A stretch of 64,000 nucleotides of DNA from positions 64,001-128,000 of the IMG/VR virus record IMGVR_UViG_3300032224_000970; one strand, given 5' to 3'. The notes under the pieces were generated by a model. The model ran no database searches and was not told where the DNA came from. It saw only the letters and a program-made list of their open reading frames with translations. Made by a program: the position numbers and the translations under genes. The stretch is from a virus. Shown here one piece after another: positions 28,307 to 38,470 of the stretch (the first letter of the stretch is position 1; every line of letters begins with the position of its first letter).

Positions 28307-28878
28307 TGTTTATTTTTGATGTGGAAACACTTGGAGTTGAATCTAACGCTGTCATTCTATCGGCAGCGTTAATTCATTTTGACCCAGAGAAGCGTCCTAC
28401 TTATCAGGATCTACTTGATAATGCATGCTTTGTTAAACTAAAAGCCAAAGATCAGGGTACTCGTTTGGGAAGATCTGTTGATATTGAAACAATCGAGTGG
28501 TGGAAAAATCAGCATGAGTATGTACGCAGTGTTTCATTGGATCCTAACTCAACCGATGTTCCTGCTGAAGATGCAATTACAATCTTGCATAATTATATGA
28601 ACAAGTTTCCAAATGCGCAAAAGCAAACTATGTGGGCACGTGGTTCAATGGATCAGATGGTTATTGACAGCTTGTGTGTTAAACTTGACATGCAAAAGAT
28701 CACAGGGTATAATATGTGGAGGGATGTAAGAACAGCTGTTGATATTTTATATGGTACAACGAATGGCTATGTAGAAGTCGATCATCCTTTGTTTGAGCGA
28801 GCATCAGTTATCAAACACCACCCAGTCCACGACTGCGCACTTGACGCAATGCAACTAATGTATGGAAAACAAACTTAA
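28306..28878 (+). CDS. dexA: DEDDh 3'-5' exonuclease (DexA-like)
   Basis: FDVETLG, WARG..D, RDVRT and HHPVHDCALD. Confidence 0.85.
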   Translation: MFIFDVETLGVESNAVILSAALIHFDPEKRPTYQDLLDNACFVKLKAKDQGTRLGRSVDIETIEWWKNQHEYVRSVSLDPNSTDVPAEDAITILHNYMNKFPNAQKQTMWARGSMDQMVIDSLCVKLDMQKITGYNMWRDVRTAVDILYGTTNGYVEVDHPLFERASVIKHHPVHDCALDAMQLMYGKQT

Positions 28879-31364
28879 TGCAATTTTATACTAACGTATT
28901 TCCCTTTGGCGATAAGATGTTCGTCAGAGGTTACGATAATGGGAGAGCATTCAATCGTAAGATTGACTTCTTCCCAACCCTTTATGTACCTTCCAAGAAA
29001 GACTCCGCATGGCGTACCTTGGAGGGTACAGTCATAGATGAGATTAAGCCAGGAACAGTTAAAGAGACACGTGAGTTTGTCAAACGATATGAAGGTGTTG
29101 ATGGTTTCGATATCTTCGGTAACACAAATTATGTGTGCCAGTATCTGAGCGATACATATGAAAGCGATATTCGTTTTGATATGGAACACATTCGTGTGTT
29201 CTCGATTGACATTGAGACTGCCACTGAAGATGGTTTCCCAGATATCAAAGCAGCGAATGAGGAAGTGCTTCTTATCACTATCAAAGACAGTCAATCAAAA
29301 CAGATCGTTACGTTTGGCTCACGTCCATTTGAAAACAAGCGTAGTGATGTAAAGTATATTCATTGCAAAGATGAACTACATCTACTGAAAGAGTTTGTCA
29401 TCTTCTGGCAACAGAACTATCCTGATGTTATCACAGGATGGAACACTGAATTCTTTGACATTCCTTATTTGGTTAAACGTATTGATCGAGAACTCGGTGA
29501 GTTGTTCTCAAAGAAACTTTCACCATGGGGATATATCAATGAGCGTAAGACCTTTATCAAAGGTAACGAAGAAATTCACTATGACATTCATGGTATCGCA
29601 CACCTAGACTATCTTGCTCTCTACAAAAAGTTTACCTACCAGAAGCAAGAATCTTATCGTTTGGATTATATCGCCAAAGAAGAACTTGGTGATGCAAAGA
29701 AACTAAATCCAGAAGATAACTTCAAAGATTTTTATACTAACTACTGGCAACAGTTTGTTGAGTATAACATTCATGACACTGAACTTGTTGATCGTCTTGA
29801 AGATAAGATGCGTCTGATCGAACTGTGTTTGACTATGGCGTATAATGCCAAGATTAACTATGAGGATGTGTTCAGTCAGGTACGTATGTGGGATGCGATT
29901 ATCTACAATCATCTACGCAAAAAGAAGATCGCCATTCCTGCAAAGTCTGGCTCTGGTAAAGACGCACAGTTTGAAGGTGCGTATGTTAAAGATCCTCTTG
30001 TTGGTTTACATAAGTGGGTTGCTTCCTTTGACTTGAACAGTCTGTATCCTCACCTGATCATGCAGTATAACATCAGTCCTGAAACATTGACACAGGAAAA
30101 GATTCCCTGCACAGTTGAGAAGTTACTTAACCAAGAAGTTGATACTGATTATGCTAAGCGTAGAGATCTATCACTGACTGCCAATGGCTGGTGTTATCGC
30201 AGAGATATCAAAGGGTTCATGCCTGAGTTGATGGAAAAGATGTATACCGACCGAAGCAAATTCAAGAAGCAGATGTTGAAAGCTGAACAGGAATATCAGA
30301 ACGATAAGACAAAGACTCAACTACTTAAAGAGATCTCTCGTTTAAACAATCTACAAATGGCAATGAAGATTGCGTTGAACTCTGCTTATGGTGCGATGGG
30401 TAATCAGTACTTCCGCTACTTCGATCTGCGTATGGCTGAAGGTATTACGACCAGTGGTCAGCTGAGTATTCGTTGGATGGCAAACAAGTTGAATGCTTTT
30501 CTTAATCGAACACTCAAGACAGAAGATAAAGACTACATCATTGCGATTGACACTGACTCAATCTACCTTACTCTTGAAACTCTTGTCGAGAAAACCTGCG
30601 AAGGTAAAACCGATGAGCAGAAGATTAAGTATATGGATAAAATATGTGAAGACATCTTCCAACCATTCATCGATAAAGGTTATCAAGAACTTGCTGACTA
30701 TATGAATGCCTACTCGCAGAAGATGCAAATGAAGCGAGAGGTGTTGGCTGATAAAGCAATCTGGACAGCCAAGAAGCGTTATGTGCTTAACGTGCATAAC
30801 TCTGAGGGTGTTCAGTATGCGAAACCAAAGATGAAAGTGATGGGTCTTGAGATGGTCAAGTCTTCAACACCTGCAGTCATTCGTGATAAGCTGAAAGATT
30901 CTTTGACAGTTATTCTTGAAGGTAAGCAATCAAACCTGCATACATATATTGCAAAGTTTCGTGAAGAGTTTAAACAACTGCCGATTGAAGAGATTGCTTT
31001 CCCACGTGGTGTGAATGGCATGCGACAGTATGCAGGTTCACCGATCTACGCAAAGGGTACACCGATCCATGTTCGTGGTTCTCTCTTGTATAATCACTAT
31101 GTGAAGCGCAAGGGTCTTGATAAGAAGTATCAACCGATTCGTGATGGTGATAAGATTCGTTTCGTATATGTACGTAGACCGAATCCTTTTGAGGAAGATG
31201 TGATTGCATTCCCACAAGAGTTGCCGAAAGAGTTTGGACTACATCAATACATAGATTATGACAAGCAGTTTGAAAAGACTTTCCTTGATGCCTTGCAGGG
31301 TGTTATCGATCCTCTTGGCTGGAAGGTAGAAGAACAATCATCGTTGGAGGACTTCTTTGGCTAA
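28878..31364 (+). CDS. gp43: family B DNA polymerase gp43 (uninterrupted)
   Basis: DIET, SFDLNSLYP, KIALNSAYG and IDTDS motifs. Confidence 0.99.
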   Translation: MQFYTNVFPFGDKMFVRGYDNGRAFNRKIDFFPTLYVPSKKDSAWRTLEGTVIDEIKPGTVKETREFVKRYEGVDGFDIFGNTNYVCQYLSDTYESDIRFDMEHIRVFSIDIETATEDGFPDIKAANEEVLLITIKDSQSKQIVTFGSRPFENKRSDVKYIHCKDELHLLKEFVIFWQQNYPDVITGWNTEFFDIPYLVKRIDRELGELFSKKLSPWGYINERKTFIKGNEEIHYDIHGIAHLDYLALYKKFTYQKQESYRLDYIAKEELGDAKKLNPEDNFKDFYTNYWQQFVEYNIHDTELVDRLEDKMRLIELCLTMAYNAKINYEDVFSQVRMWDAIIYNHLRKKKIAIPAKSGSGKDAQFEGAYVKDPLVGLHKWVASFDLNSLYPHLIMQYNISPETLTQEKIPCTVEKLLNQEVDTDYAKRRDLSLTANGWCYRRDIKGFMPELMEKMYTDRSKFKKQMLKAEQEYQNDKTKTQLLKEISRLNNLQMAMKIALNSAYGAMGNQYFRYFDLRMAEGITTSGQLSIRWMANKLNAFLNRTLKTEDKDYIIAIDTDSIYLTLETLVEKTCEGKTDEQKIKYMDKICEDIFQPFIDKGYQELADYMNAYSQKMQMKREVLADKAIWTAKKRYVLNVHNSEGVQYAKPKMKVMGLEMVKSSTPAVIRDKLKDSLTVILEGKQSNLHTYIAKFREEFKQLPIEEIAFPRGVNGMRQYAGSPIYAKGTPIHVRGSLLYNHYVKRKGLDKKYQPIRDGDKIRFVYVRRPNPFEEDVIAFPQELPKEFGLHQYIDYDKQFEKTFLDALQGVIDPLGWKVEEQSSLEDFFG

Positions 31365-31908
31365 CATCAAAGTTATCAGAACTGGAATCAATGTCTCAAA
31401 GATATTGAAGCAGTTGGAACAACACCCAGAAGATTGGGGTGGACAGAAAAGCATTGAGGGAACTGCATCCTTACTTGACAAAGGTTACTTGGATGTTCCC
31501 ATCGGTGTATTGCAACTGATTATGGGTGGAGTTGAAACCGAAGATCAGTTTGTTGGAGACACAGAGATATGCATCGTTACACCTGCATATCGCAAACACA
31601 CAGAGATAGTTGGATTTATGAAGAGACATTTCCGTAGCCATAGTCGTTGCGGATTCTTGTCTCTTCCAGTTGGTGGCACAGTAGGACTACATATTGATGA
31701 GGGAACTTACTATCAAACAAAAGATAGGTATCATCTCTCAATACAAGGAACGTATAACTATTATTGCGGAGAAGAGATGGTTGTTGTAGAGCCAGGAACT
31801 TTGTTGTGGTTCAACAATAAATTACCGCATGGTACTGAGAATGTTGGAGATTGCACAAGAATTACTTTTGTATTTGATGTGCCACATTCAAAGTGGAACC
31901 CAAAATAA
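31357..31908 (+). CDS. Asp/Asn beta-hydroxylase-like 2OG-Fe(II) oxygenase
   Basis: HID (HxD), RYHLSIQG, WFNNKLPH and RITFVFD. Confidence 0.8.
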   Translation: MANIKVIRTGINVSKILKQLEQHPEDWGGQKSIEGTASLLDKGYLDVPIGVLQLIMGGVETEDQFVGDTEICIVTPAYRKHTEIVGFMKRHFRSHSRCGFLSLPVGGTVGLHIDEGTYYQTKDRYHLSIQGTYNYYCGEEMVVVEPGTLLWFNNKLPHGTENVGDCTRITFVFDVPHSKWNPK

Positions 31909-31910
31909 AT

Positions 31911-31939
31911 TTGACTGCAAATAAAGATTGTAGTATAAT
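31911..31939 (+). promoter_or_regulatory. sigma70-type promoter
   Basis: TTGACT-17 bp-TATAAT. Confidence 0.75.
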
Positions 31940-31957
31940 TATACCTGGAGATAAAAA

Positions 31958-32209
31958 ATGAAAGCAATTAAATTTTACGCTGATTGGTGTGGACCATGCA
32001 AAGGTCTTAGCCAAGTTATTAAGAACGCAGGTGACAAAGTCACAGTCCCTATCGAGGAAATGAATATCGATAATGAGATTATGACTTCTGTTGAATACAA
32101 TGTTCGTTCAGTACCCACAATGATTCTTCTCAACGATCAGGGCGCAGAGATCAAGCGCAAAGTTGGAACAATGAACGAAGAACAACTACTAGAATTTTTG
32201 AAAGGTTAA
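31958..32209 (+). CDS. thioredoxin
   Basis: FYADWCGPCK and VRSVPT. Confidence 0.93.
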   Translation: MKAIKFYADWCGPCKGLSQVIKNAGDKVTVPIEEMNIDNEIMTSVEYNVRSVPTMILLNDQGAEIKRKVGTMNEEQLLEFLKG

Positions 32210-32210
32210 T

Positions 32211-33281
32211 ATGGGTATTCTTGACAAAATTAAAAAGAACAGCACGATCAAAGACTCAGCTGTTCTATCACAATCAAAATTCTTCACGAAGAAGGATATG
32301 ATTCCTACCACAGTACCAGCAATCAACATTGCTTTGTCTGGTCGTCTTGATGGTGGTCTTACTCCAGGATTGACAATGTGGGCTGGTCCAAGTAAGCATT
32401 TCAAAACAGCATTCAGTCTGCTAATGGCAAAATCTTATCTGGACAAGTATGAAGACGCAGCACTCTTATTCTACGATTCTGAGTTTGGTACTCCTCAATC
32501 TTATTTCGATACTTTTGGTATTGACACAAGCAGGGTGCTCCATACTCCTCTTACAGATGTTGAACAACTCAAATTCGACATCATGCAACAACTGTCAACA
32601 GTCGAAAGAGGTGACCACCTTATCATCGTCATCGACTCAATCGGAAACCTTGCTTCAAAGAAAGAAGTAGAGGATGCGATGGAAGGTAAGTCTGTTGCTG
32701 ACATGAGTCGTGCGAAACAGATGAAGTCTTTGTTCCGTATGGTAACTCCACACTTGAACCTAAAGGACATTCCTTTGGTTGTTGTGAACCATACGTATAT
32801 GGAAATTGGTATGTTCCCGAAAGCAATCGTTGGTGGTGGCACTGGTTCATACTATTCAGCTGATAATATCTTTATTATCGGTCGTCAACAAGAGAAAGAA
32901 GGAACTGAGATTATCGGTTACAACTTTATTATCAATGTAGAAAAATCAAGGTACGTGCGTGAAAAATCTAAAATTCCTGTTACTGTATATCATGATGGTG
33001 GTATTAGCCGTTGGTCAGGCTTACTTGATATTGCACTTGAATCTGGACATGTCATCAAGCCATCCAATGGATGGTATAGCAAAGTGGACTTGGAGACTGG
33101 AGAAGTAGAAGATAAGAAGTATCGTCTTAAAGATACAGACACCAAAGAATTCTGGATGCCAGTTCTTATGCAAAAATCTTTTGTAGAGTTTGTGAAGAAC
33201 AAGTATCAGGTTGGTGCTTCTGATATCCTTAAGGATGAGGACATCTCTACTGAACTAGAATTGATTGACGTAGATGAGTGA
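32211..33281 (+). CDS. uvsX: RecA-like recombinase UvsX
   Basis: AGPSKHFKT, YDSEFG and DSIGNLASKKE. Confidence 0.97.
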   Translation: MGILDKIKKNSTIKDSAVLSQSKFFTKKDMIPTTVPAINIALSGRLDGGLTPGLTMWAGPSKHFKTAFSLLMAKSYLDKYEDAALLFYDSEFGTPQSYFDTFGIDTSRVLHTPLTDVEQLKFDIMQQLSTVERGDHLIIVIDSIGNLASKKEVEDAMEGKSVADMSRAKQMKSLFRMVTPHLNLKDIPLVVVNHTYMEIGMFPKAIVGGGTGSYYSADNIFIIGRQQEKEGTEIIGYNFIINVEKSRYVREKSKIPVTVYHDGGISRWSGLLDIALESGHVIKPSNGWYSKVDLETGEVEDKKYRLKDTDTKEFWMPVLMQKSFVEFVKNKYQVGASDILKDEDISTELELIDVDE

Positions 33282-33570
33282 TATCAAATACACTACTGTA
33301 AAGGGAAAGTTTAGCAACCTAGATGCAATTAAGTTGCTAGAGTATCCCTATGAGAATGTTATCTTCTCCTACGGTAAGGTGTCGTTCGAACCAGATGAAG
33401 CCAATGACAAATTGATTCTACAGTTTGAATATGATATCCATGACTACGCAGGAAAAGGTTTTGATGAGTCTATCTTTGAAAGCTACATTGGAGATCTTCT
33501 TAAGGAACTTATCCAAGAAGGTATCAAAGAAAATAATTTAACTTATACAGGTGGTGTTGATGAGGATTGA
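33274..33570 (+). CDS. gp40-position protein (head vertex assembly chaperone-like)
   Basis: Between uvsX and gp41; YGKVSF...LQFEYDI...IGDLL. Confidence 0.55.
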   Translation: MSDIKYTTVKGKFSNLDAIKLLEYPYENVIFSYGKVSFEPDEANDKLILQFEYDIHDYAGKGFDESIFESYIGDLLKELIQEGIKENNLTYTGGVDED

Positions 33571-34951
33571 ACAGGCGATATTGTCGAACCTGATTCACAA
33601 TGAGGAATACTGTCGAAAGGTGGTTCCTCATTTAAAGAAGGAATATTTCTTAGACCGCAAAGAGGCAACTATCGCCTCTTTGTTAATTTCGTTCTTTGAA
33701 AAGTACAACAAACCAGCCACACCTGAAGTGTTGGCTATTGAGGTTGGCAACATAAAGGGATTTACTGATAAAGAGATTCCCGAGATGCAAGAGATGATCA
33801 AGGAACTCACTCATTCTGAACCTAATCAGGATTGGTTGATTGAGCAAAGTGAAAAATTTTGTAAGGACAAGGCAGTCTATAATGCAATTCTTAAATCTAT
33901 CCAAATTATCGATGGTCGTGACAAAGTACATCAGCAGGATGCTATTCCTACCATACTTTCTGATGCACTTGGCGTTTGCTTTGATAATCATGTTGGTCAT
34001 GATTACATTCAAGATGCTAATGATCGCTTTGATTTTTATCACAGGGTGGAAGAGAAGATTAGTTTCGACCTTGAGATGTTCAACAAAATCACCAAAGGTG
34101 GACTCAGCAAGAAAACTTTGAACATTGCTTTGGCTGGCACAGGTGTTGGTAAGTCGTTGTTTATGTGTCACGTTGCTGCAGGTGTTTTGATGCAGGGCAA
34201 AAATGTTCTGTATATCACGATGGAGATGGCAGAGGAACGCATCGCTGAACGTATTGATGCGAACTTACTTAACCTTACAATGGATGAACTGAAGGTAGTT
34301 GACAAAGATATATTTGACTCACGTCTTGAGAAGATTGCGAAGAAAACACAGGGCACTCTTATCGTCAAAGAGTATCCGACTGCCAGTGCTCACGCAGGGC
34401 ACTTTCGTGCATTGCTTGAAGAACTTAAACTCAAGAAAGAGTTTGCACCAGATATCGTGATGATCGACTATCTGAATATCTGTGCGAGTCAGCGTTTGAA
34501 GATGGGTGCGAATGTAAATTCTTATACATATGTTAAGACGATTGCTGAAGAACTTCGTGGCTTGGCTGTTGAATATAATGTACCGATTGTGTCAGCTACT
34601 CAAACAACTCGTTCAGGATTTACCAACTCGGATCCAGGACTTGAGGATACTTCAGAATCGTTTGGTTTGCCAGCCACTGCCGACTTTATGTTTGCACTTG
34701 TAAGTAATGAAGAACTTGAACAACTGAATCAGATTATCGTTAAGCAGTTGAAGAATCGTTACAATGATCCAAACTACTACAAGAGGTTTGTCATTGGTAT
34801 TGATAGAGCAAAGATGAAGTTATATGATGTTGAAGTATCAGCACAAGAAGGACTATCAGATGCTGGTTCGAAAGATGATAAACCATTATTTGATAAAAGT
34901 GACTTTGGTAAACGAATACATAATGAAGGATTTAATGGTTTTAAGTTTTAA
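33560..34951 (+). CDS. gp41: replicative helicase gp41
   Basis: LAGTGVGKS, IVKEYPT, SATQTTR and SESFGLPATAD. Confidence 0.98.
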   Translation: MRIEQAILSNLIHNEEYCRKVVPHLKKEYFLDRKEATIASLLISFFEKYNKPATPEVLAIEVGNIKGFTDKEIPEMQEMIKELTHSEPNQDWLIEQSEKFCKDKAVYNAILKSIQIIDGRDKVHQQDAIPTILSDALGVCFDNHVGHDYIQDANDRFDFYHRVEEKISFDLEMFNKITKGGLSKKTLNIALAGTGVGKSLFMCHVAAGVLMQGKNVLYITMEMAEERIAERIDANLLNLTMDELKVVDKDIFDSRLEKIAKKTQGTLIVKEYPTASAHAGHFRALLEELKLKKEFAPDIVMIDYLNICASQRLKMGANVNSYTYVKTIAEELRGLAVEYNVPIVSATQTTRSGFTNSDPGLEDTSESFGLPATADFMFALVSNEELEQLNQIIVKQLKNRYNDPNYYKRFVIGIDRAKMKLYDVEVSAQEGLSDAGSKDDKPLFDKSDFGKRIHNEGFNGFKF

Positions 34952-34962
34952 GGAGAATAGAA

Positions 34963-36273
34963 ATGGTTAAAGTTATTGTTGCTGAAAAGAAATATGATTG
35001 CACACATATGTTGGGTCAGTTCCCAACAGAGAATGACTACGATTTTCTTATTGAAGAAGATTGCGATGTTTATATGCCAGCTAGTACTATGGGCGACTCA
35101 GACGATAATCTTGAGAATAGGATTGTTCTGAAGTTTCGTAAAAACTTTTTCAGCAAAGAACTTCAAGACGCAGCGTATGCTGGATTGAGAGATGCTGCAA
35201 CTGAATCTCAGAATCGTGGATTGGCAGCTGGACCACGTCAGGGAACTCTTGGTAATCGTGAATGGGTTACTGACTATGAGTATGAGGTCTTGGATCAGTT
35301 GTTGAAGCCAGCGCAAAATCTTTTCGGTGAAGATCCTATCGAAGAGATTCGCAAGAAACACAAAGAACGTAAGAGCACTGCATCTAATCGTGCACGTGTT
35401 TGGTCTATCGAACGTGTGAAGAAAGAGAACTTCAAGTTTGATGAGTGGGTTGACAGCCTAAAGAATTTACCTGAGGATGAAGTACGAGGTAAGGCTGAGT
35501 ATGTTGCTGAGAAGTTAATCTGTGCAACTACCTATGCGAACTCTGTTCATTCTGGTATCGCTGGTTGGTTCGATCGCTATCCACGTATCCCTTATGGTCG
35601 TGCGACTTCTTATACTCGTGATCACTTGGAGAAGTTTAAATTGTCATACCCATTCCTACAGTATCTATCAAAGGGATTTGAACAACTGCTGCCATGGCGA
35701 TATGAGAATCAAATGGCTGCTGCCAGAAAGATTGATCCAGGATATCTTGTTCCAGGAACTCCCTTCACAACTATCACTGTGAATAAATCTTTCCGCACTG
35801 CTTGTCACTTTGACGCAGGTGATTTGAATAGTGGCTTATCAAATTTATTGACACTTTCAAACAATGGTAACTACAAAGGTTGTTATCTTGTTGCACCTGA
35901 GTATCGTGTTGCAGTTAATCCACGTCCAGGAGATTTGCTTCTGATCAACAATCACGAAGTTATGCATGGCAACACTCAGATTGAATTGCTTGATGATGAA
36001 GCAGAGCGTATCTCTTTGGTATGTTACTTCCGTGAAAAGATGATGGAACTTGGTAGCAAAGAGTATGAAGATACTCGCTATCAGTTTGTTGAAGATCGTC
36101 GTCACAACAAAGAGCACCCTGAACAGCGTCCACTTTGGAATGGTGTTTCTGAAGGTATGTGGTTATCAGATGAATGGTATGAGTATCTGGAAAAGAAACT
36201 TGGTACCGAGCAGTTGCATAAGTACCACCCAGAATCAGTTAAGTCTGGTTCTCTTGATGAATTTTTTGCGTAA
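34963..36273 (+). CDS. TET/JBP-family 2OG-Fe(II) dioxygenase (DNA pyrimidine oxidase)
   Basis: PFTTITVNKSFRTACHFDAGD (HxD), HEVMHGNT (distal His) and ERISLVCYFRE (2OG-binding Arg). Confidence 0.85.
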   Translation: MVKVIVAEKKYDCTHMLGQFPTENDYDFLIEEDCDVYMPASTMGDSDDNLENRIVLKFRKNFFSKELQDAAYAGLRDAATESQNRGLAAGPRQGTLGNREWVTDYEYEVLDQLLKPAQNLFGEDPIEEIRKKHKERKSTASNRARVWSIERVKKENFKFDEWVDSLKNLPEDEVRGKAEYVAEKLICATTYANSVHSGIAGWFDRYPRIPYGRATSYTRDHLEKFKLSYPFLQYLSKGFEQLLPWRYENQMAAARKIDPGYLVPGTPFTTITVNKSFRTACHFDAGDLNSGLSNLLTLSNNGNYKGCYLVAPEYRVAVNPRPGDLLLINNHEVMHGNTQIELLDDEAERISLVCYFREKMMELGSKEYEDTRYQFVEDRRHNKEHPEQRPLWNGVSEGMWLSDEWYEYLEKKLGTEQLHKYHPESVKSGSLDEFFA

Positions 36274-36281
36274 GGGTTATT

Positions 36282-37289
36282 ATGTCTCTACATGAGTTTC
36301 TCGGTGAAGAAAGGTTACTAGAGTGGTTCTATTCAAGCAATTCTAGTAATACTGGAAAAACTATTGGTTATCGAAGAGTGTCTGGTAAGATTGGCTTAAC
36401 GAACAAAGAGAATGGTGTTCGTGGCGCATGGGTAGAGAAACGTGTTGCTCTATTCAAAAATCTTATGATTCTCAATGGGTATAGAATCATTCCACTTTCA
36501 GAAGCCACTGATGCAACAAAGGATGATGGGTTTGAAACATTCTCAGAGTATCAACCCTGTGATATCCTTATGCTTGAGTTTGGTGGAACTAACCTACAGT
36601 TCTATCAGAAGTATTGGGATAAGACTGTTGAAATGATTAAGGCACACAAAGGTCGCATCATCTTTTTGAATGATGACCCAGACCTACCTTTCCTGTGGGA
36701 ACTGTTGCCTGATGAAGATTGGTCACGTTGGACTATTGCTGCCAATGCAGTCAACTGCGATGAAGTTGCAAAGGTTCTAAAGTGTCCAGAAGGTTCACGC
36801 ACTGTTGACTTACCAATGGCTTCTGGTATGGAAGGTGAGAGCTTTCATGCTGGTGAGGTAGAAGCGATTGTCTATATCGGCAGACCTAATGGTCGCACGA
36901 AATACTTCAAGGAATTTACCAAGTCAAGAGAACTTAAGATTGCTGGTAAGGAAGCTGAGTGGGAAGATTATTCAGGACTAGAGATAATGGAAAATCCACA
37001 GCAAAGAGATCGTAGGAAATTCTATCAGAAGTTTGCTGGTTGTCTTGCTGTCTTTGACGACAAGCATAAGAACACTGGCTGGAGAACTGGTCGTGCCTAC
37101 CATGCTCTCTATGCTGGTATCCCTGTTTGTGCACCAAGAGGTAATGCTGGACTTGGCTGGTGTTTCCCTGTAGATACTGCAGCTGACATTTCAATGTTTG
37201 CAAAGTTGTCTGCCGAGAAGCGTCAGAAGATCTGGGAGAAGCAGGTAGAACTTGCTATTGATACCATTATCAATCCAATTACTCTATGA
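36282..37289 (+). CDS. DNA glycosyltransferase, T4 beta-glucosyltransferase-like GT-B fold
   Basis: FGG...FLNDDPDLPF, VYIGRPNGR and DDKH...WRTGRAYHALYAGIPV echo BGT segments; adjacent to TET/JBP. Confidence 0.65.
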   Translation: MSLHEFLGEERLLEWFYSSNSSNTGKTIGYRRVSGKIGLTNKENGVRGAWVEKRVALFKNLMILNGYRIIPLSEATDATKDDGFETFSEYQPCDILMLEFGGTNLQFYQKYWDKTVEMIKAHKGRIIFLNDDPDLPFLWELLPDEDWSRWTIAANAVNCDEVAKVLKCPEGSRTVDLPMASGMEGESFHAGEVEAIVYIGRPNGRTKYFKEFTKSRELKIAGKEAEWEDYSGLEIMENPQQRDRRKFYQKFAGCLAVFDDKHKNTGWRTGRAYHALYAGIPVCAPRGNAGLGWCFPVDTAADISMFAKLSAEKRQKIWEKQVELAIDTIINPITL

Positions 37290-37735
37290 AAGTATCCTAC
37301 GATATCGATGGAGTACTGGCTGCTCAGCCACCTGCCAATGACAAGAAGTGGGGTCATATGGATGGGGCTGAGCGCAGAGCCAGAAAGGAATTCCTCTATG
37401 ACTGGTATGCCAATGCCGAGAAGTTGATCGAGCCAGTGGAGCAGGAATTCTACGCTATTTCTGCAAGAAAACGAGAGCCAAGGATTCATACAATTACAAA
37501 TGACTGGTTGAATAAATACTATAGTAAGAGAGTCTTGGCATTCTATTTACTTGGAACTTCTAGAACAGTTGAGAACGTCGTCCGATTCAAGTCTGAAACA
37601 GTCCTTGAGTTGGGCGTCCAACGACATTATGAAGATAACAAGAAGGTTTTGAGAGGGATGCGAAAAATACTTCCTCCCGAAGTTGAGTTGTATTTTTGGG
37701 AAAGGGGAATGGACCAACCAATACCGTTTAAGTAA
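37286..37735 (+). CDS. HAD-superfamily phosphatase-like protein
   Basis: SYDIDGVL motif I, ISAR, K and YEDN. Confidence 0.75.
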   Translation: MKVSYDIDGVLAAQPPANDKKWGHMDGAERRARKEFLYDWYANAEKLIEPVEQEFYAISARKREPRIHTITNDWLNKYYSKRVLAFYLLGTSRTVENVVRFKSETVLELGVQRHYEDNKKVLRGMRKILPPEVELYFWERGMDQPIPFK

Positions 37736-37744
37736 GGACTAATA

Positions 37745-38443
37745 ATGAAATACATACAGAGTCTTAACTTTGATTGGATAGAAATCCTCAACTTTTATGA
37801 ACGACCATTCAGAGCCAAATTCATCCCAGCCAAAATCTGGGGTGAATTAGACAATTACAAAAACGATCCACAGGGACTTAGCAACTACGTTAAGAAGTGG
37901 CGTACTAAGATAGTTTGGAAGAAAGAACTTTCCAAAGCAAAGACCTATCAAAACTATATCGCTATCGGTGGCGAGTATGATCCCGAGAAAAGACAGTCGA
38001 CTCTTTTCATGTGCACCGACAATTACAAACACTTTCAATTTACCCAAGATTCATGGGATAAGTTTAAGTACCGCATCATCCAAACTCTAATGCATGAGAT
38101 TATTCACTGCTCTCAGTTTATGAAGAGAGGTGATGAGTGGAGTAACTATGTTCTTCCTTACAAGAAAGTTGGTAAGGTGAAGATTGATAGAGAGCGTCGC
38201 TACTACTCAGAGTTTGATGAGATTCAAGCATATGCTCACTGCGTATACCTAGACCTTAAAGTCGGCAAGCCAACCATCGAAGTCCCAATCCTATTGAATC
38301 GTTGCAAGAAATATAGAGACTCTAAGACTCTACACTTCTTCCTTAAAGCATTCGACTACGACTTCAAAAACAACTTTGCACCAAAGAAAATTCTACAACA
38401 TGTAGCCAAGTGGGATCGCAAATATAATAGATACGTAGCCTAA
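37745..38443 (+). CDS. hypothetical protein with HExxH zincin-like motif
   Basis: LMHEIIHCSQ...DEIQAYAH. Confidence 0.55.
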   Translation: MKYIQSLNFDWIEILNFYERPFRAKFIPAKIWGELDNYKNDPQGLSNYVKKWRTKIVWKKELSKAKTYQNYIAIGGEYDPEKRQSTLFMCTDNYKHFQFTQDSWDKFKYRIIQTLMHEIIHCSQFMKRGDEWSNYVLPYKKVGKVKIDRERRYYSEFDEIQAYAHCVYLDLKVGKPTIEVPILLNRCKKYRDSKTLHFFLKAFDYDFKNNFAPKKILQHVAKWDRKYNRYVA

Positions 38444-38470
38444 ATAGTCTATCATTTATTGAGGATTACT

